Origin: Candidatus Multiplicimicrobium inquinatum
Lineage (GTDB): Bacteria > Omnitrophota > Omnitrophia > Omnitrophales > Aquincolibacteriaceae
Length of the DNA stretch: 64,000 nucleotides
Direction of reading: 5' to 3'
NCBI GenBank assembly: GCA_002344825.1
Contig: DDUN01000038.1
Coordinates: forward strand, 21,061-85,060
Shown here piece by piece: positions 11,725 through 19,230 of this stretch. The notes below the pieces were generated by a model. That model was not told where the DNA came from. It saw nothing but the letters and a program-made list of their open reading frames with translations, and did no database searches. Position 1 is the first letter of the stretch. Every line of letters begins with the position of its first letter. A program made the translations under genes and the position numbers.

Positions 11725-12997
11725 TTTGAAAAAACTCCGAGAAGCCCCTGATATCTACAAGGCAGGCGTTGCTTCCAAGTCTCCGAAAGCCGCGGAGATG
11801 ATCGATCAAATTCTTGAGTTGGATAAGGATCGCCGCAAATGGGTGGCCGAGGTGGAGGCTTTGAAAGCGGAGCGAAATAAGGCCAACGACCAAATTGCTG
11901 CCGCAAAGCGCTCCGGACAGCCCGCCGATGCGATTTTGACGGCGATGAAAGAGGCGTCCCAGAAAATCAAGGAATTTGATCAAAAAGTGGGTGATGTTGA
12001 CGCTAAAATAGGCTCAATCTTGTCCAATATCCCAAATATACCTCATAAAGACGTCCCGGTGGCACCTGGTGCAACTGGTAATAAAGTAGTTAAAACCTGG
12101 GGCGAGCCTAAAAAACTTGGCTTTGAAGGCAAAGACCATCTTGATTTGGGCAATGTCCTCGGCTGGATTTCGATGGAAACCGGCGCAAAAATTACCGGTG
12201 CCGGATTTCCGGTTTATTTTGGCGAAGGCGCGCGCCTTCAGCGCGCTTTGATTAATTTCATGCTCGATATGCATACACAAAAGCATGGGTACAAAGAAGC
12301 CTGGTCGCCCGCGATTGTAAACCGCGCGTCGATGATCGGCACGGGACAGGTTCCAAAAATGGAAGAAGATATGTATTCGCTGTATGAACCCGAGTCCGAA
12401 AAAAAGCACGGCGATTTTTTTCTGATTCCGACCGCTGAAGTTCCGATTACCAATTTTTTCCGCGACGATACTTTAACCGAAGAGCAGCTGCCGGTTTTGA
12501 TGACAGGCTACACGCCTTGCTTCCGCCGCGAAGCGGGAACTTACGGAAAAGATACGCGCGGGCTTTCACGCGTGCATCAATTTGATAAAGTCGAGCTTGT
12601 AAAAATCGCGCACCCGGACAATTCGGAGGAAGAGCTTGAAACTTTGCTGGCGAACGCGGAAGCCGTGTTGCAGGCGCTCGAATTGCCGTACCGTGTTTTG
12701 CTTTTGGGAAGCGGGGACATGAGTTTTTCTGCGGCAAAATGTTATGACCTTGAAGTTTGGGCGCCCGTAAGCCAAAAATGGTTTGAAGTTTCCAGCTGCA
12801 GTTTGTTTGGCGATTTTCAGGCGCGTCGAGCGAACATCCGCTTTCGGCGCAAAGAAAATAACAAAATTGATTTTTGCCATACCTTAAACGGTTCGGGCTT
12901 GGCTTTGCCGCGCATTGTGATCGCGCTGCTTGAAAATTTTCAAACCGCCGAAGGTAAGATCAATTTTCCCAAGGCATTGAGCAAGTATCTATCTTAA
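11717..12997 (+). CDS. serS: Serine--tRNA ligase.
   Basis: The sequence MLDLKKLREAPD…coiled-coil arm…FRREAGTYGKDTRGLSRVHQFDKVELV…TLNGSGLALPR aligns motif-for-motif with class II SerS (compare E. coli MLDPNLLRNEPD…[27 protein letters not shown]…TLNGSGLAVGR). The track ORF begins at a TTG at 11681, but the SerS N-terminus matches the ATG at 11717. Confidence 0.96.
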   Translation: MLDLKKLREAPDIYKAGVASKSPKAAEMIDQILELDKDRRKWVAEVEALKAERNKANDQIAAAKRSGQPADAILTAMKEASQKIKEFDQKVGDVDAKIGSILSNIPNIPHKDVPVAPGATGNKVVKTWGEPKKLGFEGKDHLDLGNVLGWISMETGAKITGAGFPVYFGEGARLQRALINFMLDMHTQKHGYKEAWSPAIVNRASMIGTGQVPKMEEDMYSLYEPESEKKHGDFFLIPTAEVPITNFFRDDTLTEEQLPVLMTGYTPCFRREAGTYGKDTRGLSRVHQFDKVELVKIAHPDNSEEELETLLANAEAVLQALELPYRVLLLGSGDMSFSAAKCYDLEVWAPVSQKWFEVSSCSLFGDFQARRANIRFRRKENNKIDFCHTLNGSGLALPRIVIALLENFQTAEGKINFPKALSKYLS

Positions 12998-13047
12998 TTC
13001 TTGCCACGGCAAAAACATTTTTATAAGCTAGCGCTTCGTCAAAGCTG

Positions 13048-13067
13048 AAATGACGCGCGCGTCATTT
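13048..13067 (+). terminator. Perfect 20-nt palindrome downstream of serS. It may be a terminator or a protein-binding site.
   Basis: AAATGACGCGCGCGTCATTT. There is no clean downstream T-run, so its function is uncertain. Confidence 0.3.
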
Positions 13068-13141
13068 AAAATAATACACAGCGCTGTGCCGAATCTGCTT
13101 AAAGAATAAATAGTGATTCGGCCTAACGTTTCGTTTTTCGC

Positions 13142-13233
13142 GGAGGGGTCGCATAGCCCGGCTTAGTGCGGCGGTTTGCTAAACCGCTGTGGCTCGCAAG
13201 AGCTACCGGGGGTTCAAATCCCCCCCCCTCCGC
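13142..13233 (+). tRNA. tRNA-Ser (anticodon GCT), class II with a long variable arm.
   Basis: GGAGGGG acceptor stem pairing with CCCCTCC. Anticodon stem-loop is GCGGT-TTGCTAA-ACCGC. Variable arm is GTGGCTCGCAAGAGCTAC. T-arm is GGGGGTTCAAATCCCCC. The discriminator is G. Confidence 0.85.
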
Positions 13234-13410
13234 AGTTTTATTTCCGCTCTGTGCGCATTGCGCACAACCGCTCCGGTTCCGCAAGATCAAACTGCCCTAT
13301 TGTGCTTGTCCCACACCCGCCCGGTGCGCGCACAACAATCCTCACCGTTTTTAGGAAGCATTATAAAGCGGCGGGGGGTTGCCCCCTTGAAATCTTGCAA
13401 AAATCACACT

Positions 13411-13433
13411 CATGTAATATACTGAGTTACATG
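13411..13433 (+). promoter_or_regulatory. Inverted repeat (candidate operator) overlapping a -10-like TATACT and the start codon of the methyltransferase gene.
   Basis: CATGTAA-tatactgag-TTACATG is a 7-bp perfect inverted repeat, and the final ATG is the start codon at 13431. An Rrf2-family regulator is encoded immediately downstream. Confidence 0.35.
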
Positions 13434-14069
13434 AAAGATAAAGACAACCATTCTGGCCCAGAGGGCACACACCAAAGTCATGCTGGTTCGCATGACGTTT
13501 TTGATAACGTCGAGATGTTCATAGAAAAATTCGACGGAGCAGAGCGGGATGAATGGCAAAAACCAGACGAAGTTATTAAGTCGTTTAATCTTCCCGATGA
13601 TGCTGTGGTAGTCGAAGTTGGCGCTGGTACAGGATACTTTGCGGTTCGATTGGCTCCGCAGGTAAAAAACGGAAAGGTCATCTGCTACGACCAATCCGCT
13701 AAAATGATTTCATATCTTGGAAATCGCGTGAGCGAACTGGGGCTAACGAATGTTGATGCTCGCAGCACTGGACCAGACGGCGGTCTGGAATTGGAGGAAA
13801 AAGCCAATCTCATATTTTCTGTCGATGTCTATCACCATCTAAACGACCGCGTTGCCTACTTCTCAAAAATTGCACAATATCTCAAGCCCGGCGGCGCTCT
13901 CGTCGTGATTGACCGAACAGAGGAGAAGGTAGAAGGGCAACCCACGGGGCATCGAGTGCCTAAAGAGAAAATTATAGAAGAGATGAAGGAGGCCGGTTTT
14001 GAATTGGCTACTGATTTCGATTTTTTGTTACCTGTTCAATATTATTTGGCATTTAAACGAGCCGCATAA
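13431..14069 (+). CDS. Class I SAM-dependent methyltransferase.
   Basis: 212 aa starting at MKDKDNHS…. Motif I is VVEVGAGTGYFAVRLA, an acidic post-I residue is CYDQS, and there is a motif II/III-like LIFSVDVYHH…LKPGGALVVID. The track ORF 13176..14069 would overlap the upstream tRNA and is rejected in favour of the ATG at 13431, which sits inside the palindrome and after the tRNA. Confidence 0.8.
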   Translation: MKDKDNHSGPEGTHQSHAGSHDVFDNVEMFIEKFDGAERDEWQKPDEVIKSFNLPDDAVVVEVGAGTGYFAVRLAPQVKNGKVICYDQSAKMISYLGNRVSELGLTNVDARSTGPDGGLELEEKANLIFSVDVYHHLNDRVAYFSKIAQYLKPGGALVVIDRTEEKVEGQPTGHRVPKEKIIEEMKEAGFELATDFDFLLPVQYYLAFKRAA

Positions 14070-14075
14070 GCATGT

Positions 14076-14516
14076 ATGAAAAAGAGCACTAAATTTTCAG
14101 ATGTGCTTCACATTCTCCTGCACATGGCTGGGTCCAGAAATCCAGCTAGATCGGAGACATTGGCAAAATCCGCGCAGACAAACCCTGTGGTGGTTCGCAG
14201 GATAATGGCTGGGCTTCGAGAACGAGGCTTTGTACAGTCAGAAAAAGGCCATGGTGGCGGGTGGTCGCTTTCGTGCGATCTAAAAAAAGTCACGCTGTAC
14301 GATGTGTATGACTCAATCGGCGCACCGACAATGCTTGCACTTGGGAATCGCGCCGAATCCTCAAAGTGTCTTGTTGAGAAAGCCGTGAATACTGCCACGG
14401 GTCATGCTTTTCGTGAAGCCGAGAGTCTATTGATTGCAAATTTTCGCAACACAACATTGGCAGACGTACACAGTATTATTAAAAAATACCCACGCGGCCA
14501 TGCCAAAAGAAAATAA
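14076..14516 (+). CDS. Rrf2-family (BadM/Rrf2) transcriptional regulator.
   Basis: 146 aa. The N-terminal wHTH is typical of Rrf2 (…FSDVLHILLHMAGS…ETLAKSAQTNPVVVRRIMAGLRERGFVQSEKGHGGGWSL). A single Cys region follows (SSKCLVEKAV). Confidence 0.75.
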   Translation: MKKSTKFSDVLHILLHMAGSRNPARSETLAKSAQTNPVVVRRIMAGLRERGFVQSEKGHGGGWSLSCDLKKVTLYDVYDSIGAPTMLALGNRAESSKCLVEKAVNTATGHAFREAESLLIANFRNTTLADVHSIIKKYPRGHAKRK

Positions 14517-14581
14517 CAATTATTTGATGTCATCATTGTCGGCGGAAGCTATGCGATTCTTGTGAGGTGAAAACATTGTGA

Positions 14582-14606
14582 GGAGCGAGTGGCCGACCTG
14601 AAGTGA
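14582..14606 (+). repeat. Conserved 25-mer (GGAGCGAGTGGCCGACCTGAAGTGA). This is the 3' core of repeat family X. Here it is upstream of tRNA-Ser(TGA).
   Basis: It is identical or near-identical to 19048-19070 and 22399-22423, which lie inside the tRNA-linked X elements. Confidence 0.7.
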
Positions 14607-14691
14607 TCGGCGCGACTAGCTCGAATTTCGTTCAATAGCGCTCCATTCCAGGTCTCTCCTCGAGCAATATTTTCACACAAGCACCTGCAGG

Positions 14692-14697
14692 GGTTTT
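14692..14697 (+). promoter_or_regulatory. TATAAT -10 element 22 nt upstream of tRNA-Ser(TGA).
   Basis: Consensus -10 hexamer. No convincing -35 is present. Confidence 0.3.
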
Positions 14698-14719
14698 CAG
14701 TTATAATTTTGCTCGTCGC

Positions 14720-14806
14720 GGAGAGGTGGCAGAGCGGTTGAATGCGGCAGTCTTGAAAACTGTTATACCCGCAAGGGTATCGGGGGTTCGAATCCCTCCC
14801 TCTCCG
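14720..14806 (+). tRNA. tRNA-Ser (anticodon TGA), class II.
   Basis: GGAGAGG/CCTCTCC acceptor stem. Anticodon stem-loop is GCAGT-CTTGAAA-ACTGT. Long variable arm is TATACCCGCAAGGGTATC. T-arm is GGGGGTTCGAATCCCTC. The discriminator is G. Confidence 0.85.
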
Positions 14807-14924
14807 TTCTTAAAGATGCCGGCGATGGCGGCGTTACGCTCCTTCAAATTTTTTCAACGCACATTTTCAGTGCGCCTCAAAAATTTTCGGTCGCAAGCCT
14901 TGCCCTCACCGGCATCTTTAAGAA
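14807..14924. mobile_element. MITE-like element Y, 118 bp, bounded by perfect 16-bp terminal inverted repeats. It is inserted exactly at the 3' end of tRNA-Ser(TGA).
   Basis: TTCTTAAAGATGCCGG (14807-14822) pairs with CCGGCATCTTTAAGAA (14909-14924). The interior shares a core (…CGCCTCAAAAATTTTCGGTCGCAAGCCTTGCCC…) with the second copy at 22480-22598. No coding capacity is evident. Confidence 0.5.
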
Positions 14925-15162
14925 CGAGGCTTGAAGGGATTCGAAGCAAGCCCGCGCCGACCTTATGGGAGGAAAAGCGTTTCGAGCAAAATAAGTCGAA
15001 CGCGTCAGCGGGCGGGTGGGGCTGCGCAGCGAGCTGCTGCGAGCGAAGTAGCCGAATCCCTTCAATTGAAAATTAAAAGCAAACGAGAGAGAATGCATGA
15101 GGGGGGTTAATCCCTCTTATTGCTCTATCTATTTATAAAAAGAAAAACCCAACATACATAAA

Positions 15163-15408
15163 ATGACCGACAAGCCCGAAGAAAAAATCGAAAATGGTGT
15201 CCAACCTCTTGACGCGCTACTGACCTCGCTTAATATCAAAAACAGTGATCTTGTTGCGCAATCTTCCGAGCAGCTTTCGCATAAAGTCGTGGCGAAGGCC
15301 CGCAAAGGGCGCCGCCTCACGATTAACGCAAAGCATAAAATCTTGAATGCGCTGAATGCATTTCAAAAAGAAAAAACCTATAAACTGCCCGATTTGTTCA
15401 ACTACTAA
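15163..15408 (+). CDS. Hypothetical small basic protein, 81 aa.
   Basis: Intact ORF with an upstream A-rich region and no recognisable motif. It ends just upstream of the next gene's start. Confidence 0.35.
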   Translation: MTDKPEEKIENGVQPLDALLTSLNIKNSDLVAQSSEQLSHKVVAKARKGRRLTINAKHKILNALNAFQKEKTYKLPDLFNY

Positions 15409-15418
15409 TACCAAGGAC

Positions 15419-16138
15419 ATGATGAAAAAAATTATTTTGCTCGCTGCCCTTTTTTTAATTCCCGCTTCCGCGCAGGCGTTAGATTGGGCGGGGATGCTTA
15501 AAAAGGTGTCGACATCTCAGCCCGCAACAGGGGACTCCAAAATCGCAAACGGTCTCAAAGAAGCTTTGCGTGTGGGGGCTGAAAAAGCGGTTGCGATTAC
15601 CGGTAAACAGGACGGCTACTTCAAAAACGAAGCGATTAAAATTCTTTTGCCTGAAAGACTGCGCGCCATGGAAGGCGCTTTGCGTAAAGTGGGGCTGGGC
15701 GGACAAATAGATCAGCTTGTTTTGAGCATGAACCGCGCCGCGGAAGCTGCCGCACCGCAGGCTAAAAGCATTTTTGTGAAAGCGATTTCCGAAATGACAT
15801 TCGATGATGTTCAGAAAATTTACCAAGGCGGCGACACGGCAGCGACGCAGTATTTTCAAACCAAAACTTCTCCCGAGCTGACCCGGCTTTTTAAACCCGC
15901 GGTTACCCAAAGCATGGCCGAGTACAATGTTTCCAAAATGTATCAGGGGGTTGCCGGAAAATATAACGCGTTGCCCGCAGCAAAACTTTTCCCCGCGCCG
16001 GAAGTGGAAGACTACGTTGTGAAACAGTCTTTGAGCGGTCTCTTTAAAGTTTTGGGCGATCAGGAAAAAGCGATTCGCAAAGATCCCGCCGCGCGTGTTA
16101 CCCAGCTTTTAAAGGATGTTTTTTCTCAAGCAAAATGA
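15419..16138 (+). CDS. Secreted protein of the DUF4197-like periplasmic family.
   Basis: Signal peptide MMKKIILLAALFLIPASAQA. The mature region (…IANGLKEALRVGAEKAVAITGKQDGYFKNEAIKILLPERL…) resembles DUF4197 proteins. The start is chosen at the tandem ATG at 15419 (AAGGA RBS) rather than the track start at 15356. Confidence 0.6.
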   Translation: MMKKIILLAALFLIPASAQALDWAGMLKKVSTSQPATGDSKIANGLKEALRVGAEKAVAITGKQDGYFKNEAIKILLPERLRAMEGALRKVGLGGQIDQLVLSMNRAAEAAAPQAKSIFVKAISEMTFDDVQKIYQGGDTAATQYFQTKTSPELTRLFKPAVTQSMAEYNVSKMYQGVAGKYNALPAAKLFPAPEVEDYVVKQSLSGLFKVLGDQEKAIRKDPAARVTQLLKDVFSQAK

Positions 16139-16329
16139 TCAGACTTTTGATCGTGCCGCTTTTTGTTTTTTTGCTTTGGCCCGCCTTGCTTCAGGCAGAG
16201 GAAAAAACCGGCGGGTACTTTCGTAAAGCAAAGCCTCCGGGCATTTTTGAGCGAATGAAAGAGAGCCTAAAGGAACCTTTCATTAAAAAGAAAAAAATTC
16301 AGCATCCTTATATCCGGCAAATCGATTAA
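16135..16329 (+). CDS. Hypothetical small secreted protein, 64 aa.
   Basis: The start overlaps the previous stop (ATGA). It has an N-terminal hydrophobic segment LLIVPLFVFLLWPALLQA. Confidence 0.35.
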   Translation: MIRLLIVPLFVFLLWPALLQAEEKTGGYFRKAKPPGIFERMKESLKEPFIKKKKIQHPYIRQID

Positions 16330-16370
16330 ATCCGTCCATCCGAAAGAATCAAACGTTCAACCTCAATTGA

Positions 16371-16399
16371 TTTACAGCGCAACCGGCATTCGCTATACT
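16371..16399 (+). promoter_or_regulatory. Sigma70-type promoter (TTTACA-N17-TATACT) upstream of the first coiled-coil gene.
   Basis: The hexamers have a 17-nt spacer. The -10 plus downstream leader (CTATACTCTGAATCTCTTGAAA) is ~80% identical to the promoter region at 18741-18762. Confidence 0.55.
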
Positions 16400-16502
16400 C
16401 TGAATCTCTTGAAATTTTTTTATGCGCTTCAGCAGACAGCTTGTTATTTCTGTGCCCGCGACAGTTGTTTGCCCGGAAGCCTTTTAGTCAAAGGCTGAAC
16501 GG

Positions 16503-18647
16503 ATGATAAAACCGAATTTTCCGCAGGCGCTTTTCCGCGGGCAACCCGAAAAAAAGTGGAGCTTCGTTTTTCACGAAGTTTCCGCGGAGGCACGAGCCGC
16601 TTTTTCCGCTGACCTTGCCAAAAAATATGCTTTTTCCGAAGATGAGTGCGGCGAGGTTTTAAAAAACATACCCGTTTTGTTTTTGAGCGGGCTTGTGGAA
16701 GCCACGGCACAGCAATTTATCCGGCAATGGACACTTCCGGGCGTCAAGGTTGCCTTAACGGAAGATGAGGCTGTTAAACAAAAATGCTTTCAAATCATTT
16801 GGCCTGAAGCCGCCCCTTCTCCGGATGTTGCACTGGGGAAAATCAAATCAGAAAAATACACTTCGTCACTTGACTCCGCGCCTGATTATAAAAACAGTGA
16901 CCGGGGAATTAAATTTTTAATTCAAAAGCTTGAAAGACGTGCGGCCGAACCCAAAACCGAAGCCCCTAAAGAAAATTTATCCGGCACCCCCGCGATAACG
17001 CCTCTGCCTAATCAGAAACCAATCGTGCCGCAGGTTGTTGCGGCAAGCAGCGCGCCTTTGGAGAAGCCTGTTTCGGCCGAAACGATGCAGGCGCTCAAAG
17101 ACGAACTGCAGAAGCAGTTGGAAGCGAACGAAAAACAAAAACAGATTATCGAAGCACAGGCGGCACAGCTCATAGATAAACAGGCGGAGCTTGAGCGCCT
17201 TCAGTCCCAAAAAGCAGAATCAGAAAAGCCTCCGGGTGAAGATGCTGCGGCTAAGCAGAAACTGGAAGAATTGGAAAGCGAATCAGCCCGCCTAAAACAA
17301 GAAATACAAAAAAATAGCGAGCTTTCCGCGCAAAAAGAAAGTTTTATGCGCAAAAATTTCGAAGAGCTGGAAAAAAATCTTGCAGCCGCGGAAGCCTCCA
17401 AAGTTGACATCCAAAAAGAAGCAGAAAGAAATTTGAAAGAGGCTCTTGAGGCGAAGGCCTGCGCGGAAGCGAAGCTGCAAGAACTTGAAAATGAAGCGCT
17501 CCAAAAACAAACTTCGCAGGCCTCATCCGAAATAAACGAGTCGGACGAGGGCTTGCAAGAGCAGGAAGAGGCAAAAACGAAACCCCTTCCTCCCGCGGCC
17601 CCGATTAAATCTTTGCTGAAGCAGGCGCTTCAAAAAAACAGTCAGAGCTCACCAGCCCCGATGAAATCTGTCGCGATTGAAAAAAGCCAAAATGATTTTA
17701 AAGAGAAACAAGCGGAGCTTGAGCAAGCCCTTGAGGCAGAAAAAGCTAAAGCTGCGGAAGCAGAAAAAAAATATACCCAAGCACTGGAAGATTTTAATGT
17801 GCAAAAGGAAGCGTGGCAGGAAGAAGCTAAACAGCTTGGGTTACGTAACCAAGTATTAGTAGAAAAAATGGAAAAGGAAGCGGAGGCTTTGCGAGACAGC
17901 GCGCAAGAGCTGAAAAAAAGGGCTATTTTAGCGGAAGAGGCTATGCGCAAGGCTGAACAGAGCGCAGAGGAGACAGCCCTGCGAATGAAGCAAATGACCG
18001 AGCAAGACCGCACTCCGGGTTTTGAGCAAGCGCTTGAAGCGGAGCGGTTGAGTCATGCTGATACGGAAAAAAAGTATACCGCAATGCAAGAAGAGCTTCG
18101 CTCGCAAGAAGCGAAACGGCAGGAAGAAGTTAAAGAGCTGAACCTGCGCAATCAAAAGCTGTTGGATAAATTCGAAGAGGAAAGCAATCTTTTAAAAACA
18201 AAAATAGAAGAATTGGAAAAAAGCTTGTCTTCAGCGGAAGCCATTAACCGCGAAGCCGGACAACGGCTGGAACAAGCACTGGAAGAAGAGCGCTTTAAGA
18301 CAAAAGAAGCGGAGAAAAAAAACACCGAACTTTTAGAAACGCTTAAGAGCTCTGCTGAAAAAACCGTTGCGGCGGAGCCGAATGAAAACGCAAGCGAAGA
18401 AAGCAAGCATTTGCAAAACAAACTTGCGGAAATTGAAAAGAAGTTAACGGAAAGCGAGTCTGTTCGGGAAGCGCTGGAAGCGGACAAAGAAAATGAAATC
18501 AAAGCGATGCGCGAAGCCTTGAGCGAGGTCTATGTGCATTTGTTAAGTCAGATGAAAGAAGACAATCAGAAAAAAGATTTAACTATTCAGGCGCAGGCGG
18601 CTGAACTGGAAGCGCTGCATAAAGAGCGCGGTAAAAGCGGGGCCTGA
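16503..18647 (+). CDS. Large coiled-coil protein (714 aa) with a globular N-terminal domain and three internal sequence repeats.
   Basis: Residues 1-150 are non-repetitive (…EVLKNIPVLFLSGLVEATAQQFIRQWTLPGVKVALTE…). The rest is an E/K/A/Q-rich heptad-rich sequence. Three related segments are EQALEAEKAKAAEAEKKYTQALE…, FEQALEAERLSHADTEKKYTAMQEE…LNLRNQKLL… and LEQALEEERFKTKEAEKKNTELLE…. Confidence 0.7.
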   Translation: MIKPNFPQALFRGQPEKKWSFVFHEVSAEARAAFSADLAKKYAFSEDECGEVLKNIPVLFLSGLVEATAQQFIRQWTLPGVKVALTEDEAVKQKCFQIIWPEAAPSPDVALGKIKSEKYTSSLDSAPDYKNSDRGIKFLIQKLERRAAEPKTEAPKENLSGTPAITPLPNQKPIVPQVVAASSAPLEKPVSAETMQALKDELQKQLEANEKQKQIIEAQAAQLIDKQAELERLQSQKAESEKPPGEDAAAKQKLEELESESARLKQEIQKNSELSAQKESFMRKNFEELEKNLAAAEASKVDIQKEAERNLKEALEAKACAEAKLQELENEALQKQTSQASSEINESDEGLQEQEEAKTKPLPPAAPIKSLLKQALQKNSQSSPAPMKSVAIEKSQNDFKEKQAELEQALEAEKAKAAEAEKKYTQALEDFNVQKEAWQEEAKQLGLRNQVLVEKMEKEAEALRDSAQELKKRAILAEEAMRKAEQSAEETALRMKQMTEQDRTPGFEQALEAERLSHADTEKKYTAMQEELRSQEAKRQEEVKELNLRNQKLLDKFEEESNLLKTKIEELEKSLSSAEAINREAGQRLEQALEEERFKTKEAEKKNTELLETLKSSAEKTVAAEPNENASEESKHLQNKLAEIEKKLTESESVREALEADKENEIKAMREALSEVYVHLLSQMKEDNQKKDLTIQAQAAELEALHKERGKSGA

Positions 18648-18720
18648 GATATCACGCAGAAAGCCGCCGCGGAGGACCCAAAATAGCAAAATCTCTTTCT
18701 TGTAGTGCCTTCTTCGCCGC

Positions 18721-18749
18721 TTTACAAAAGCGGTAGATTTGCCTATACT
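18721..18749 (+). promoter_or_regulatory. Sigma70-type promoter (TTTACA-N17-TATACT) upstream of tRNA-Arg.
   Basis: Same architecture and near-identical -10/leader as the promoter at 16371-16399. Confidence 0.55.
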
Positions 18750-18788
18750 CTCGACTCTTCAAAGCCGCCCCACAGAGCGGCTTTTCAT

Positions 18789-18862
18789 GCGCCCGTAGCT
18801 CAATTGGATAGAGCATCTGACTACGGATCAGAAGGTTTATGGTTCAACTCCATACGGGCGCA
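18789..18862 (+). tRNA. tRNA-Arg (anticodon ACG).
   Basis: GCGCCCG/CGGGCGC acceptor stem. D-arm is GCTCAATTGGATAGAGC. Anticodon stem-loop is TCTGA-CTACGGA-TCAGA. T-arm is TATGGTTCAACTCCATA. The discriminator is A. 74 nt. Confidence 0.85.
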
Positions 18863-19130
18863 TATTCTTTTTCTGAAAATGACCGTCTGCAGCGCACAAA
18901 TCCACTCGCCTACGCCTTGTATTCAGGTCCTTTTGAGAAAACGAATGATAAATGGATGGAGCTGAAGTGAGCCGCGCAATTTATAGGGCTTTCGCGGAAT
19001 AAGAAACAGACCTAATGTCAGATCCGCACGCAGCGAAGCCCAGGCGCGGCGAGTGGCCGACCTGAAGTGAGTGCGGCTGATTAAGCCGACATGAACAAAA
19101 GGCGCCAACTCCATACAGGCGCATATTTTT
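18863..19130. repeat. Repeat family X copy 1, about 245 bp, inserted after tRNA-Arg. It ends in a partial duplicate of the tRNA-Arg 3' end (19107-19123).
   Basis: The element shares TTTTCTGAAAA…GTCTGC, CCTTTTGAGAAAA, a GATGG…GAAGTGAGC block, a TAATGTCAGAT block and the 25-mer GGCGAGTGGCCGACCTGAAGTGA with 22179-22460. Its end is …GGCGCC followed by AACTCCATACAGGCGCATATTTTTCTG. That matches the tRNA's own 3' end plus flank (AACTCCATACGGGCGCATATTCTTTTTCTG). Confidence 0.65.
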
Positions 19131-19230
19131 CTGTTTATATCTTCTCCAGCGAATATAATTTGTTTGTGACCCATTTTTTTGAGAGCCCTTTTTTTAGACT
19201 GATTGTTTTTAAACAAAATCATTTTGTGTT

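Noticed and set aside
13176-14069. Track ORF of 297 aa that extends the methyltransferase upstream through the tRNA-Ser(GCT) gene.
   Set aside because: The N-terminal 85 codons overlap a well-formed tRNA and palindromic spacer and have no protein-like features. The methyltransferase fold begins at the ATG at 13431, which is embedded in a regulatory palindrome.
14726-15076. 116-aa plus-strand ORF covering tRNA-Ser(TGA) and element Y.
   Set aside because: It lies entirely within a tRNA gene and a non-coding inverted-repeat element. Its sequence composition is nucleotide-level repeat, not protein.
17642-18502. Minus-strand ORFs of 116-123 aa within the coiled-coil gene.
   Set aside because: They are Ser/Ala/Leu-rich frames. 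This is the expected antisense of a GAA/AAG-rich coiled-coil gene.
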